A stretch of DNA of 51,234 nt from SAR86 cluster bacterium AG-339-G14 (GCA_003282105.1 QCAB01000004.1:1-51234); one strand, 5' to 3'; numbered from the stretch's first letter, positions 9,840 through 21,351 are shown. Numbers and translations: made by a program. The notes: a model not told the origin generated them from the sequence alone.

Positions 9840-9875
9840 TATAATTATCACATAAGGCCGTTCGTAAAGGTCGTA
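9840..9875 (+). promoter_or_regulatory. -10 box (TATAAT 9840-9845) followed by a tRNA-Thr anticodon-like hairpin; putative thrS translational operator
   Basis: TAAGGCCG-TTCGTAA-AGGTCGTA: stem GGCC/GGTC, 7-nt loop with central CGT, ending 4 nt before the thrS ATG. Confidence 0.65.
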
Positions 9876-9879
9876 GAAA

Positions 9880-11808
9880 ATGATAGTAATCACTCTTCCG
9901 GATAATTCAAAAAAACAATTCGATAATTCTGTGTCAGCAATTGAAGTGGCTAGATCTATAGGCGCTGGCTTGGCCAAAGCTACAGTTGCGGCAAAAGTTA
10001 ATGGAAAACTAATCGATGCAACCGACTTAATAGAAAATGATTGTTCTCTTGAAATAATAAGAGCTCAGGATCAGGAAGGTTTAGAAATTATTAGACATAG
10101 CTGCGCTCATTTATTTGGTCATGCGTTGAAGCAGCTATTTCCCGAAGCTAAGATGGCAATTGGTCCGGTTATTAAAAATGGATTCTACTACGATGTGGAT
10201 TTAGATAATTCGTTAACACTAGATGATTTACAAAAAATTGAATTACGAATGAAAGAATTGGCTTCTTCCGCTTATCTCGTTAAAAAAGAAGTTGTACCAA
10301 AAAAAGTTGCAGAGGAAGTTTTTAAAAAAAGAAAAGAAAGCTATAAGTTAGAAATCTTAAAAGACATTGACGATGAAGAAACAGTTGGATTGTATCACCA
10401 CGAAGAATATGTTGACATGTGTAGAGGACCACATGTCGATTCCATGAGACACGTTAAAGCTTTTAAACTGTCTCATGTTGCTGGAGCTTATTGGCGCGGA
10501 GACTCAAAAAATAAAATGCTGCAAAGAGTTTACGGAACTCTGTGGAATTCGGATAAAGAATTAAGAAAACATTTAAGTAATCTGGAAGAAGCTTCAAAGC
10601 GCGATCATAGAAAACTAGGACAAAAATTTGACCTGTTTCATTTTCAGGATGAAGCGCCTGGAATGGTTTTTTGGCATCCTAAGGGCTGGACTATTTTTAG
10701 AATCTTGGAAGATTTCATAAGAGAAAAACAATTAAGGGCGGGATATGAAGAAATTAGAACGCCTCAAGTTATTGATCGTAAGCTGTGGGAAAAATCAGGT
10801 CACTGGGAAAAATATAGAGAGAATATGTACATTACCGAGATCGATGAAGAACAAGCTAATGAAAAAAGAGTGAATGCGCTTAAACCAATGAGTTGCCCTG
10901 GACATGTTCAAATTTACAATCAAGGCATAAAATCCTATAGGGATTTACCAGTGAGGTTGGCTGAATTTGGTTGTTGTCACAGACATGAAGCCTCTGGAAC
11001 TTTACATGGCTTGATGCGAGTCAGACAGTTGACTCAAGACGATGGACATATATTTTGCACTAATGAACAAATAGAATCTGAAACACAAGGGTTTATTAAA
11101 ATTCTTTCTGAAGTTTATACCGAACTTGGATTTAATGATTTTAGAATCAATTTATCTACTCGACCTGAAATCAGAGTGGGGTCTGATTTAATTTGGGATA
11201 AAGCTGAGAAAGCCCTAGAAGATGCGATAGATAAACTAAATTTAGATTATGAAATTTCGGCTGGAGATGGAGCATTTTATGGTCCCAAATTAGATTTTGT
11301 TTTAACCGATGCAATTGATAGGGAATGGCAATGCGGAACATTACAATTGGATTTTAATTTACCTGAAAGACTTGATGCAAAGTATGTCGGGGAAGATGGT
11401 GAAAAACACCAACCAGTGATGATGCATAGAGCAATACTTGGCTCAGTTGAGAGATTCATTGGAATCTTAATTGAAGAATACGATGGAAATTTTCCAATTT
11501 GGTTGGCTCCTATTCAGGCAGTGGTAATGAACATTTCACAAAAACATGAAGAAAAAGCTATTGAATACGCTGATTTTCTCAAATCTAAGGGTTTTAGGGT
11601 CAAATTAGACTTGAGGAATGAGAAAATCACTTATAAAATCCGCGATCACTCTATACAAAGAGTACCTTTTCAACTCGTTGTTGGAGATAAAGAACAAAAT
11701 TCAAATTCTTTGTCAGTTAGAGCCAGAAAAGGAGAGGATTTAGGAAGTATGAAGTTGGAAGAATTTTCTAACTTTCTTTCTAAAAAAATAAAATCAAAGG
11801 AGGTTTGA
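9880..11808 (+). CDS. thrS: Threonine--tRNA ligase
   Basis: TGS domain, [36 protein letters not shown]. Confidence 0.99.
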   Translation: MIVITLPDNSKKQFDNSVSAIEVARSIGAGLAKATVAAKVNGKLIDATDLIENDCSLEIIRAQDQEGLEIIRHSCAHLFGHALKQLFPEAKMAIGPVIKNGFYYDVDLDNSLTLDDLQKIELRMKELASSAYLVKKEVVPKKVAEEVFKKRKESYKLEILKDIDDEETVGLYHHEEYVDMCRGPHVDSMRHVKAFKLSHVAGAYWRGDSKNKMLQRVYGTLWNSDKELRKHLSNLEEASKRDHRKLGQKFDLFHFQDEAPGMVFWHPKGWTIFRILEDFIREKQLRAGYEEIRTPQVIDRKLWEKSGHWEKYRENMYITEIDEEQANEKRVNALKPMSCPGHVQIYNQGIKSYRDLPVRLAEFGCCHRHEASGTLHGLMRVRQLTQDDGHIFCTNEQIESETQGFIKILSEVYTELGFNDFRINLSTRPEIRVGSDLIWDKAEKALEDAIDKLNLDYEISAGDGAFYGPKLDFVLTDAIDREWQCGTLQLDFNLPERLDAKYVGEDGEKHQPVMMHRAILGSVERFIGILIEEYDGNFPIWLAPIQAVVMNISQKHEEKAIEYADFLKSKGFRVKLDLRNEKITYKIRDHSIQRVPFQLVVGDKEQNSNSLSVRARKGEDLGSMKLEEFSNFLSKKIKSKEV

Positions 11809-11841
11809 TTGAATAAAATTTTTTTAGTTTTAGCCTAGTTA

Positions 11842-12381
11842 ATGGCTCAACCAAGAAGGGCATTTGAAAAGAAAAATAAGCAGCCCATAAACCAATTCAT
11901 TAAAGCTGAAAAAGTAAGGCTTATCTCACAAACTGGAGAGCAGTTAGGAGTTGTCGAACTTAAAGAAGCTTTAGCAAAAGCAAAAGATCAAGAACTAGAT
12001 TTAGTTCAGATGAATAAAGACTCTGATACTCCGGTTTGCAAAATGATGGATTATGGTAAGCACCTATTCGATCAAAAAAAACAAAAGGCAGCTTCAAAAA
12101 AGAAAACAAAAAAAACCCAACTCAAGGAAATTAAATTCAGACCAGGAACGGATGAAAATGATTATCAAATTAAGATGAGAAATATTGTTAAATTTTTAAA
12201 TGATGGCGATAAAACCAAAATAACAATGAGATTTAGAGGAAGAGAATTAGCGCATAAAGAAATAGGTTTGAATCTATTGAAGAGAGTTGAATCAGATTTA
12301 GTTGATATTGCCAATGTTGAACAAGAACCAATTTCTGAAGGGAGACAGTTTGTAATGCTTTTGAGCCCAAATAGGAAATAA
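11842..12381 (+). CDS. infC: Translation initiation factor IF-3
   Basis: [27 protein letters not shown]; follows thrS. Confidence 0.98.
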   Translation: MAQPRRAFEKKNKQPINQFIKAEKVRLISQTGEQLGVVELKEALAKAKDQELDLVQMNKDSDTPVCKMMDYGKHLFDQKKQKAASKKKTKKTQLKEIKFRPGTDENDYQIKMRNIVKFLNDGDKTKITMRFRGRELAHKEIGLNLLKRVESDLVDIANVEQEPISEGRQFVMLLSPNRK

Positions 12382-12383
12382 AT

Positions 12384-12581
12384 ATGCCAAAAATTAAAGT
12401 TCATAGTGGCGCCGCCAAACGATTTAAAAAAACTGGAAGTGGTTTAAAAAGAAAGCAAGCCAATAAAAGCCACATTCTCACAAAAATGACGACTAAGTCA
12501 AAAAGACAATTGCGCGGAACAACCGCTTTGGCAGCCGGTGACGAGAAGCTAGTTAAAAGAATGTTTAAGGAGAAATCTTAA
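12384..12581 (+). CDS. rpmI: 50S ribosomal protein L35
   Basis: [18 protein letters not shown]. Confidence 0.98.
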   Translation: MPKIKVHSGAAKRFKKTGSGLKRKQANKSHILTKMTTKSKRQLRGTTALAAGDEKLVKRMFKEKS

Positions 12582-12937
12582 TGGCAAGGGTAAAAAGAGG
12601 CGTCGAAGCCAGAAGAAAGCATAAAAAAGTTCTTAAACTGGCAAAAGGGTATAGAGGAGCAAGAAGCAGAACCTTTAAAGTTGCTAAGCAAGCCGTAACT
12701 CGTGCGGGACAGTATGCTTACAGAGATAGAAAGGCTAAAAAAAGAACTTTTCGATCCTTATGGATTGTAAGAATTAATGCTGCCGTTCGAGGTCATGGCA
12801 TGTCTTATAGTGTTTTCATGAATAGTTTAAAAAAAGCAAATATTAAGTTGGATCGCAGAGTTCTTGCAAATATTGCAGCAGAAGACGAACAATCATTTGC
12901 AGATTTAGTCGAAATTGCTAAACAAAATGCAGCATAA
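12581..12937 (+). CDS. rplT: 50S ribosomal protein L20
   Basis: [33 protein letters not shown]. Confidence 0.99.
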   Translation: MARVKRGVEARRKHKKVLKLAKGYRGARSRTFKVAKQAVTRAGQYAYRDRKAKKRTFRSLWIVRINAAVRGHGMSYSVFMNSLKKANIKLDRRVLANIAAEDEQSFADLVEIAKQNAA

Positions 12938-12945
12938 TATGTTGT

Positions 12946-13920
12946 ATGGATTTAGCAAAGCTTAAGCAAGAATTAAAAAAAGACTTTAATTTATCTAAAT
13001 CATCCGAAGACTTACAAAAGTTAAAAGTCAAATATCTAGGAAAAAAAGGCAAGATAACAGATTTGTCTAAAACTTTAGGTAAGTTGGATCAAAAGGATCG
13101 TCCAATCGTTGGAAAAAAAATCAATCAAATAAAAACTTTATTTCAAGATTTAGTTAAGTCTAGTTCAAAACGAATAGAAGACTTTGAATTAGACAATGAG
13201 ATCTCGAAGGAAACGGTAGACGTATCTTTGCCAGTCGGAAAAATTTTTGCTGGCGGATTGCATCCCATTACTAAGACAATAGATAAAATTTGTTCATATT
13301 TTTCTGCTAAGGGGTATCTAATAGAAGAAGGCCCAGAAATTGAAAGTGAATACTATAATTTCGATGCTCTTAATATCCCTGAAAATCATCCAGCTAGAGA
13401 TATGCACGATACTTTTTATATTGATTCTGGAAAATTATTAAGAACTCATACATCCCCCGTTCAGATTCGGTCTATTGAAAAATATAACGTTCCTCTCAAA
13501 ATAATTTGCCCAGGTAAAGTTTATAGGAGTGATTCAGACCCTACACATACGCCGATGTTCCATCAGATTGAAGGATTATTGATTGATGAAAATGTGAATT
13601 TTGGTAATTTGAAAAAAGAACTTATAGACTTTTTAAATTATTTTTTTGCCAAAAAACTAGACGTAAGATTTCGTCCATCGTATTTTCCTTTTACAGAACC
13701 CTCAGCTGAAGTGGATATTATGGATAAAAATGGTTGGCTTGAGATCATGGGCTGCGGCATGGTACATCCCGATGTTTTAGAAATGGCCGGTATCGATTCA
13801 AAGAAATACTCAGGCTTTGCTTTTGGGTTAGGTATTGAAAGAATGGCTAAACTTGATTATTCAATAAAAGATATGCGGGTTTTGTTTGAAAATGATTTAA
13901 AAGAAATTTCGGGTTCATAA
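12946..13920 (+). CDS. pheS: Phenylalanine--tRNA ligase alpha subunit
   Basis: HPARDMHDTFY, LRTHTSPVQ, RFRPSYFPFTEPS, FAFGLGIER. Confidence 0.99.
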   Translation: MDLAKLKQELKKDFNLSKSSEDLQKLKVKYLGKKGKITDLSKTLGKLDQKDRPIVGKKINQIKTLFQDLVKSSSKRIEDFELDNEISKETVDVSLPVGKIFAGGLHPITKTIDKICSYFSAKGYLIEEGPEIESEYYNFDALNIPENHPARDMHDTFYIDSGKLLRTHTSPVQIRSIEKYNVPLKIICPGKVYRSDSDPTHTPMFHQIEGLLIDENVNFGNLKKELIDFLNYFFAKKLDVRFRPSYFPFTEPSAEVDIMDKNGWLEIMGCGMVHPDVLEMAGIDSKKYSGFAFGLGIERMAKLDYSIKDMRVLFENDLKEISGS

Positions 13921-15957
13921 ATGAAGATCTTAAAATCTCATCTTTTAGAAAAAGTTGACGCAAAATTAAATGTTAAACAGTTAGAAGCCGAGCTTACAAG
14001 ATTAGGACTAGAAGTTGAATCGATCGAAAAATTTGGAAATTCAAAAAAATCCGATTTTGTTATTGATTTAGATCTTACTCCTAACAGGGGCGATTGTTTT
14101 AGTGTGCTTGGAGTTGCAAGAGAACTAGCTGCAATAAGTAAGAAAGAGATTTTAAAAGAAAAAAATATTCTTAAAAAAGCTAGTTTAAGTCCCCTTACTA
14201 AAGTGAAACTCTCTGAAAAGCTTGCCTGTCCAAAATACTCTTTTATAGAAATTCATAAAATTGATAATACAAAAAAATTACCTGAATATATCTCGAATAG
14301 ATTAGATGCGGCCGGAATAAATTTAATTAATCCGATTGTAGATATTTTAAATTACGTGATGATTGACTTAGGTCAACCGCTTCATGCATTTGATTTAGAC
14401 AAAATAGGTAAATCAATAAATGTAAGATTTGCAAAACCTAAAGAGAAGATCTCCCTACTTGATGGCTCAAATAAAATTTTGAATAAAAACTGCTTAGTTA
14501 TCTCAGATGAAAAAAAAGCCTTGGCATTAGCAGGAATTATGGGGGGGATAGATTCTTCGGTTCAACGTGATACTTGCTCTGTATTGATTGAGTCTGCCTT
14601 TTTTGACCCTTTAGTGATTCAAGGAAAAGCAAGAAGTTTTAATATTCAGACCGATTCTTCACAAAGGTTTGAAAGAGGGGTGGATTTTTATCTACAGCAG
14701 AAAGCGCTTATCAAGGCAACTAATTTAATTGCAGATTATTTATCTGGTTCTCACAGTCAAGTGAAGACCATTGAAGCAAAAAAATTCATACCTAGAAAAA
14801 AAGTTTTAAACATTGAATTAAACAATTTAAATAAAAAATTAGGTACGAAATTAAAAGCTGTAGAAATAAAAAAAATTCTAAATTCTTTAGAAATAAATAC
14901 CACCGTAAAAAAAGATTTGCTTTGTACCATGATTCCGTCGCATAGATTTGATTTGAATATCGAAGAGGACTTAATTGAGGAAGTGGCTCGCATGATCGGA
15001 TACGATAATCTCCCTTCATCTGAACTGAAAACGTTTAATAAATTTTTCGTTCCTACCGATTATCAAGAAACTTCAAAAATAAAAAAATACATTGCTAACA
15101 AAGGGTTTCAAGAAGTCATAAATTATTCATTTGTGAGTAAAAAAATTCTCAATGATTACAATCTCTTTAAAAACTCAATATCGGTAAAAAACCCACTCAA
15201 CGAGAACTTCGAAGTTATGAGAACAAGCTTATTACCTGGCTTGCTGAATAATTTAAAATTAAATTTTAATCGAGGTGAAAATTCTTTAAAAATATTTGAA
15301 GAAGGGAGAATATTTAGTAATAAAAATAATAGTAAGGAGCAAAAAATACTTGCGGGATTGATTTTTGATCACGATGGCAAGAAAAATTGGAACAATAAAA
15401 CTAAATTTGACTTTTTTGAACTAAAAAAATTTATTATAACTTTGCTAAATAATCTTTTCTTGGTTGATTTTAACTTCAAAAAAAGTTTAAACAATTTTTT
15501 ACATCCAAACATATCTTTGGACGTATACGTTAAAGGAAAAAAAATAGGTTCCTTTGGAAGAAGTCATCCAAAAGTTAATAAAATTGTAGGCATTAGAAAA
15601 GATTTCTTTTACTTTGAGTTTGAGTTAGAAGAGTTATTTCAAAAAGAAATATTAAAAATTTCAGAATCTTCAAAGTACCCATCAATTCAAAGAGATTTAT
15701 CCTTTTTGATACCTGAAAATGTTGAATATGAGAAGTTGAAAGCACTAGCAGAAAAAATGGCAGGAAACGAATTAGTAAATTTAAAATTATTTGATCTTTA
15801 CAAAAATTCTGGAATTCAAGAAGCAAGTTCTAGTTATGCATTAAATTTCACTTGGCAATCAAAACATAAAACTCTTAGAGATGTTGACATAGATTTAGTT
15901 ATTGAAAAAATTATTAAAGCATTCGAAAAAGAATTCAATGCTTCCTTAAGAAGTTAG
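13921..15957 (+). CDS. pheT: Phenylalanine--tRNA ligase beta subunit (short form lacking the B2 OB-fold)
   Basis: GLEVE followed almost directly by TPNRGDC; GQPLHAFD, RFERGVD, EEVARMIGY, SKYPSIQRDLS. Confidence 0.97.
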   Translation: MKILKSHLLEKVDAKLNVKQLEAELTRLGLEVESIEKFGNSKKSDFVIDLDLTPNRGDCFSVLGVARELAAISKKEILKEKNILKKASLSPLTKVKLSEKLACPKYSFIEIHKIDNTKKLPEYISNRLDAAGINLINPIVDILNYVMIDLGQPLHAFDLDKIGKSINVRFAKPKEKISLLDGSNKILNKNCLVISDEKKALALAGIMGGIDSSVQRDTCSVLIESAFFDPLVIQGKARSFNIQTDSSQRFERGVDFYLQQKALIKATNLIADYLSGSHSQVKTIEAKKFIPRKKVLNIELNNLNKKLGTKLKAVEIKKILNSLEINTTVKKDLLCTMIPSHRFDLNIEEDLIEEVARMIGYDNLPSSELKTFNKFFVPTDYQETSKIKKYIANKGFQEVINYSFVSKKILNDYNLFKNSISVKNPLNENFEVMRTSLLPGLLNNLKLNFNRGENSLKIFEEGRIFSNKNNSKEQKILAGLIFDHDGKKNWNNKTKFDFFELKKFIITLLNNLFLVDFNFKKSLNNFLHPNISLDVYVKGKKIGSFGRSHPKVNKIVGIRKDFFYFEFELEELFQKEILKISESSKYPSIQRDLSFLIPENVEYEKLKALAEKMAGNELVNLKLFDLYKNSGIQEASSSYALNFTWQSKHKTLRDVDIDLVIEKIIKAFEKEFNASLRS

Positions 15958-15958
15958 A

Positions 15959-16234
15959 ATGTCAATCACTAAAGCCGACCTTATAAATCATTTGAATCAG
16001 AAGTTGGGAATTCCAAAAAAGGATTGCAACTTGATTCTGGAGTGTTTTTTTAACGAAATTTCAGAGGCACTTGCACGCGGAGAAGAAGTAAAATTGCCAG
16101 GACTAGGAAATTTTTCAACCTCTTATAAAAATAGCCGACCCGGCAGAAATCCAAAAACAGGAGAAAAGTTTCAAATAAAAGCAAGAAATGTTGTAAGTTT
16201 TAAGGCCGGGAAAAAATTAAAAGAACAACTTTAA
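15959..16234 (+). CDS. ihfA: Integration host factor alpha
   Basis: ITKADL, GEEVKLPGLGNF, RPGRNPKTGE; follows pheT. Confidence 0.93.
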   Translation: MSITKADLINHLNQKLGIPKKDCNLILECFFNEISEALARGEEVKLPGLGNFSTSYKNSRPGRNPKTGEKFQIKARNVVSFKAGKKLKEQL

Positions 16235-16237
16235 TTA

Positions 16238-16561
16238 ATGGAGATAGATTTAAAAAAAATTCCTGATAAAAAATACTTTACTACCATAGAAGTTTCAAAA
16301 ATAGTCGGTATTGAAGCACATACATTAAGATATTGGGAAAAAGAATTTGAGAGTTTATTCAATGTTAAAAAGACTTCAAATCAGAGAATATTTAAAAAAA
16401 ATGACATAGTTAATTTTTTAAAAATAAAATCTTTGATTAAAAAAGAAGGAATGACTATCAAAGGAGCAAAGTCTAAAATTAAGAAATTCGAGATCGATAC
16501 AAAGTCTTCGACAAATCTTTTACCGATCTTAAAAAGCATTTTGAAGGAGTTAAAAAAATAA
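16238..16561 (+). CDS. MerR-family regulator (ihfA-associated type)
   Basis: IPDKKYF, HTLRYWEKEF, GMTIKGAK. Confidence 0.9.
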   Translation: MEIDLKKIPDKKYFTTIEVSKIVGIEAHTLRYWEKEFESLFNVKKTSNQRIFKKNDIVNFLKIKSLIKKEGMTIKGAKSKIKKFEIDTKSSTNLLPILKSILKELKK

Positions 16562-16575
16562 TTTGGGAGAGAAAA

Positions 16576-17096
16576 ATGAGAAGAATAGTTACGGGACATA
16601 ATAAAGAGGGCAAATCAATTATAAATATAGATGGTCCTCCCGCGAGATCCTTAGGTGAAGACGTTGGAGGATTGTTTGAGCTCTGGAATACTGATGGAAA
16701 GGATGTAAATTCTTTGGATACAACTGATAGGGCTGACTCAGAAGTAATTCTTTCTCCCCCTTCTGGTGGAACTAAATTTAGGTATTTTCAAATTAATCCA
16801 TTACCCGAGGGAGTCTCGCCTGAATTCATCGAACAAGCAACGGCTGACGCTTTTGAAAAGATGGGGGCTGCTCACCATAGAGTTGATACTTCTAGACATC
16901 CTGCGATGCACAAAACTGAGACTGTCGATTACATAATTCTTCTTAAAGGCGAGGTTAATCTAATTTTAGATGAAGAAGAGGTTGCTTTAAAACCATTTGA
17001 CGTAGTGGTGCAGCGTGGAACTAATCACGCTTGGGCAAATACCGGAAGTGAACCAGCTCTTTTAATAGCAGTTTTAATTGATAGCAATATCAGAGA

Positions 17097-17100
<4 letters not shown>
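16576..17100 (+). CDS. Cupin-domain protein (RRIVTGH/QRGTNHAW family)
   Basis: MRRIVTGHN..GKS, MHKTETVDY, VVQRGTNHAW.N. Confidence 0.85.
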
Positions 17101-18690
<1,590 letters not shown>

Positions 18691-18703
18691 AACTAATTTA
18701 ACT

Positions 18704-19207
18704 ATGATTAAAAAAAATTTTATCTTTTTCTTATTTTTTTCAAATTTTATCTTTTCGTCGTCTTCTTTAGATACTTCGAGTGAAATTGATTCTTATTTTA
18801 ATGACTTCACGTTTAAATGCGGCTGCCGGGAAGGTTTATTCAAATCTTTCGAGATTGGAAGATCAGGGAACGTAAAATGCAAATCAGGGTTATATAAAAG
18901 TTATCAAATAATTAAAAAGGGAAATAGTTATTTTTTGAATGGAGATAAATATCCTAGCTTTGAAGAGAGTTTTAATGGCGCAAACATTAAATTATCAGAA
19001 ACCAAAACTGCAGTTGAAGATAATGGAATTCTTAAACTAAGGCATGAAACCAAGTCACTGAATGGTGAAAGCTTCAAAGAAATTAAGTATTTTAATTTGA
19101 ATATTAACGAGAAAAGTTTTGAAAAGGGAATAGAGATTTATTCAGAAGAAAAAATAAGTTCGAATTGGTTAGGAAATTCTTCAGGTAAATGCAAAAAGAA
19201 AGCTTAA
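18704..19207 (+). CDS. Hypothetical exported protein
   Basis: Signal-peptide-like N-terminus [18 protein letters not shown]; 4 Cys; no recognised family. Confidence 0.7.
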   Translation: MIKKNFIFFLFFSNFIFSSSSLDTSSEIDSYFNDFTFKCGCREGLFKSFEIGRSGNVKCKSGLYKSYQIIKKGNSYFLNGDKYPSFEESFNGANIKLSETKTAVEDNGILKLRHETKSLNGESFKEIKYFNLNINEKSFEKGIEIYSEEKISSNWLGNSSGKCKKKA

Positions 19208-19227
19208 TGCAAATAGTAAAATCAACT

Positions 19228-20194
19228 TTAACTTATCGCGATGACTTTTTTTTCTATCAAACCTTTTATTATCGCTTCATCTACTCCCAAAGAAGAAACG
19301 ATCTCTTGGCTATGCTCACCAAGCATCGGTGCCGGTCGAGAAAGCTCACTGGGCGTCTTACTGAATCTAGCAGCTGGTCTTGCTTGTCTGACTTCTCCGA
19401 AGCCATCAATATTTATTCGAGAGATAGATTCATTTGCCAAAATTTGTTCATTGTCTAATAGTTCCATTCGATCAAGCAGCGGAGCGCTTGGCACTCCTTC
19501 TTCTTGAAGCCTCCTAAGTATTTCTCACATCTATTTCATTTTCTGCGTATACGATGCCAGCCATTCCTTCTGGCCAGAAAAAAGAAATCATACAATCCAG
19601 CATTGATATTTCAATATGTTGAGCAGTTCCATGTTTTTCTCTCGCATACAGAGCAGACGATATGGCTTGTGCAGTTGTTAAAGCCGTAACTTTGTCAGCT
19701 ATGATTATTCTAAACATTTTGGGCTGACCTGTTTCACGATCGGCTTGTATATCTGTAGCTCCTGATAAGGCTTGAATTATGGGGTCATAAACCCTTGAAT
19801 TTGCATAGGGGCCTCTGTTACCAAATCCACTGATTGATACATAAATTATTTTTTCATTGATTGCTCTAATTTCCTTCTCTCCAAAGCCCATTCTTTCAAT
19901 GGCTCCTGGTCTAAAATTTTGCATAAACACGTCAGCTTCGGCAGCTAACTTAAAGAGAATATCCTTTCCTTCTTTAGTCTTTAAATCTAAAGCAATAGAT
20001 TTTTTCCCTCGGTTGCATGAGAAAAAAACTGGATTTATACCATTGTGTGGAGCTGCCATATGCCTAACGAGTTCACCGGATATGGGCTCAACTTTTATAA
20101 CCTCTGCCCCTTGATCGGCAAGCATCATTGCGGCAACTGGTCCTGAAACCATTCCTGTTAAATCTAGAACTTTCAAGCCTGTTAGTGGCCCCAT
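19228..20194 (-). pseudogene. CaiB/BaiF family III CoA-transferase with internal deletion and frameshift
   Basis: N-part GPLTGLKVLDL, NRGKKSIALDLK, QNFRPG stops at 19514; another frame opens at 19524 with EILRRLQEEGVPSAP...PAPMLGEHS (family C-terminus); combined ~320 aa versus ~400 typical. Confidence 0.8.
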
Positions 20195-20197
20195 TTA

Positions 20198-20830
20198 TTA
20201 ACCTCCATAATTTACTTTCATAGCTTTTTTGTAAGCTTCTCTTTTCGAAATATTTTCTCTATAGATTGTAATATTTTTAGACAAATCAAACTCATAAAAA
20301 ATAGCCCAATCTAAGCAAGACATCAACAAAATATCTGCTAAACCAAAGCCATCGGACAGAAGGGTTTCATTTTTCTCTAGATGTTTCTCAATAACTTTAA
20401 AATGCCGTTTCAAATACTCTCTGCAAGAAAGGACAACATCAGGTGCCTCTCCATAAATTTCTTTTAAATCGTAATGACGGCGCATTACATAAAGACTCGT
20501 TTCGTCAACTTCTCCATAAATATAGCTGCACCATTCATCTTCCTTTGCCAATTCAGAATTAGTGCCAGGTATAAATAAATTTTTTGAAGGGAAGGAGTTT
20601 TGTAAATACTTACAAATTGCAACACTTTCCGAGAGGCTTAAATCTCCATGTTGCATAAACGGAATTTTCTGTTTCGGATTAAGAGAGGAATATTCTTTGG
20701 TGAGAGTCTCTCCAGTTCTTGGTCCAATCGGTTTCAACTCATAATCAATTGTTAGTTCTTCGGCCATCCAAATTGGTCTAAGAGTTCTAGCTGTGCCTGC
20801 TCCCCAAAGTATAAGTTTATTTTTATCCAC
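20198..20830 (-). CDS. Glutathione S-transferase family protein
   Basis: LNPKQKIP, LSESVAICKYL, FGLADIL. Confidence 0.9.
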   Translation of the reverse strand: MDKNKLILWGAGTARTLRPIWMAEELTIDYELKPIGPRTGETLTKEYSSLNPKQKIPFMQHGDLSLSESVAICKYLQNSFPSKNLFIPGTNSELAKEDEWCSYIYGEVDETSLYVMRRHYDLKEIYGEAPDVVLSCREYLKRHFKVIEKHLEKNETLLSDGFGLADILLMSCLDWAIFYEFDLSKNITIYRENISKREAYKKAMKVNYGG

Positions 20831-20844
20831 TAAGGATATCTTAT

Positions 20845-20873
20845 AAAAAAAGGGGCTTTTCAGCCCCCTTTTT
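20845..20873 (-). terminator. Rho-independent terminator of the hsp20 gene (possibly bidirectional)
   Basis: Minus strand GGGGCT-GAAA-AGCCCC then T7, right after the stop codon; T-run on the other side as well. Confidence 0.85.
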
Positions 20874-21320
20874 TTAACCTAAAAGTTTACTTTTTGTGGT
20901 GAAGTCAATTTTTCTAGGTTTTTGATCATCAGGAATAACCCTTTCAAGGCCGATGTAGAGCATGCCATTATTTAAAGCTGCTCCTTTAATCACCATGTCA
21001 TCTGAGAGCACAAACTTTTTCACAAAGTTTCTAGCCGCAAGACCTTGATGAACAATTCCTTCACTTGCATCTTTGTCTTTAGATCCAGTAATGGTTAAGT
21101 TTTCACCGACAGCCTCAATGTCAACTTCACTCTCTTCAAAACCGGCAACAGCAAGTTCGATAGTATATTGTTCTTCATTTACCTTTCTAATATTGTAAGG
21201 AGGGTAATTGGAAGTTTGTTTAGAATTTGCTAACAAAGACAAAGTGTCAATTGTTCGGTCAAATCCCACCGAGAAAGGAGAGATATCTCTCCATAAAAGT
21301 TCAAATGTATTATTAATCAT
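20874..21320 (-). CDS. ibpA: Small heat-shock protein Hsp20 (IbpA-like)
   Basis: SVGFDR, NYPPYNI, IELAVAGF, HQGLAARNF, NGML.I.LER.IP. Confidence 0.93.
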   Translation of the reverse strand: MINNTFELLWRDISPFSVGFDRTIDTLSLLANSKQTSNYPPYNIRKVNEEQYTIELAVAGFEESEVDIEAVGENLTITGSKDKDASEGIVHQGLAARNFVKKFVLSDDMVIKGAALNNGMLYIGLERVIPDDQKPRKIDFTTKSKLLG

Positions 21321-21351
21321 TTTTTACTCCTTTTGTTTAAGCAAGTTAAAA
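21321..21351 (-). promoter_or_regulatory. ROSE-like RNA thermometer in the ibpA 5'UTR
   Basis: Minus strand TTTTAACTTGCTT-AAACAA-AAGGAGTAAAAA-ATG: UUGCU motif can pair with the SD, leaving a bulged G. Confidence 0.65.

Noticed and set aside
19189-19689. Short plus-strand ORFs (19189, 19241, 19504)
   Set aside because: Antisense to the CoA-transferase pseudogene; no recognisable motifs
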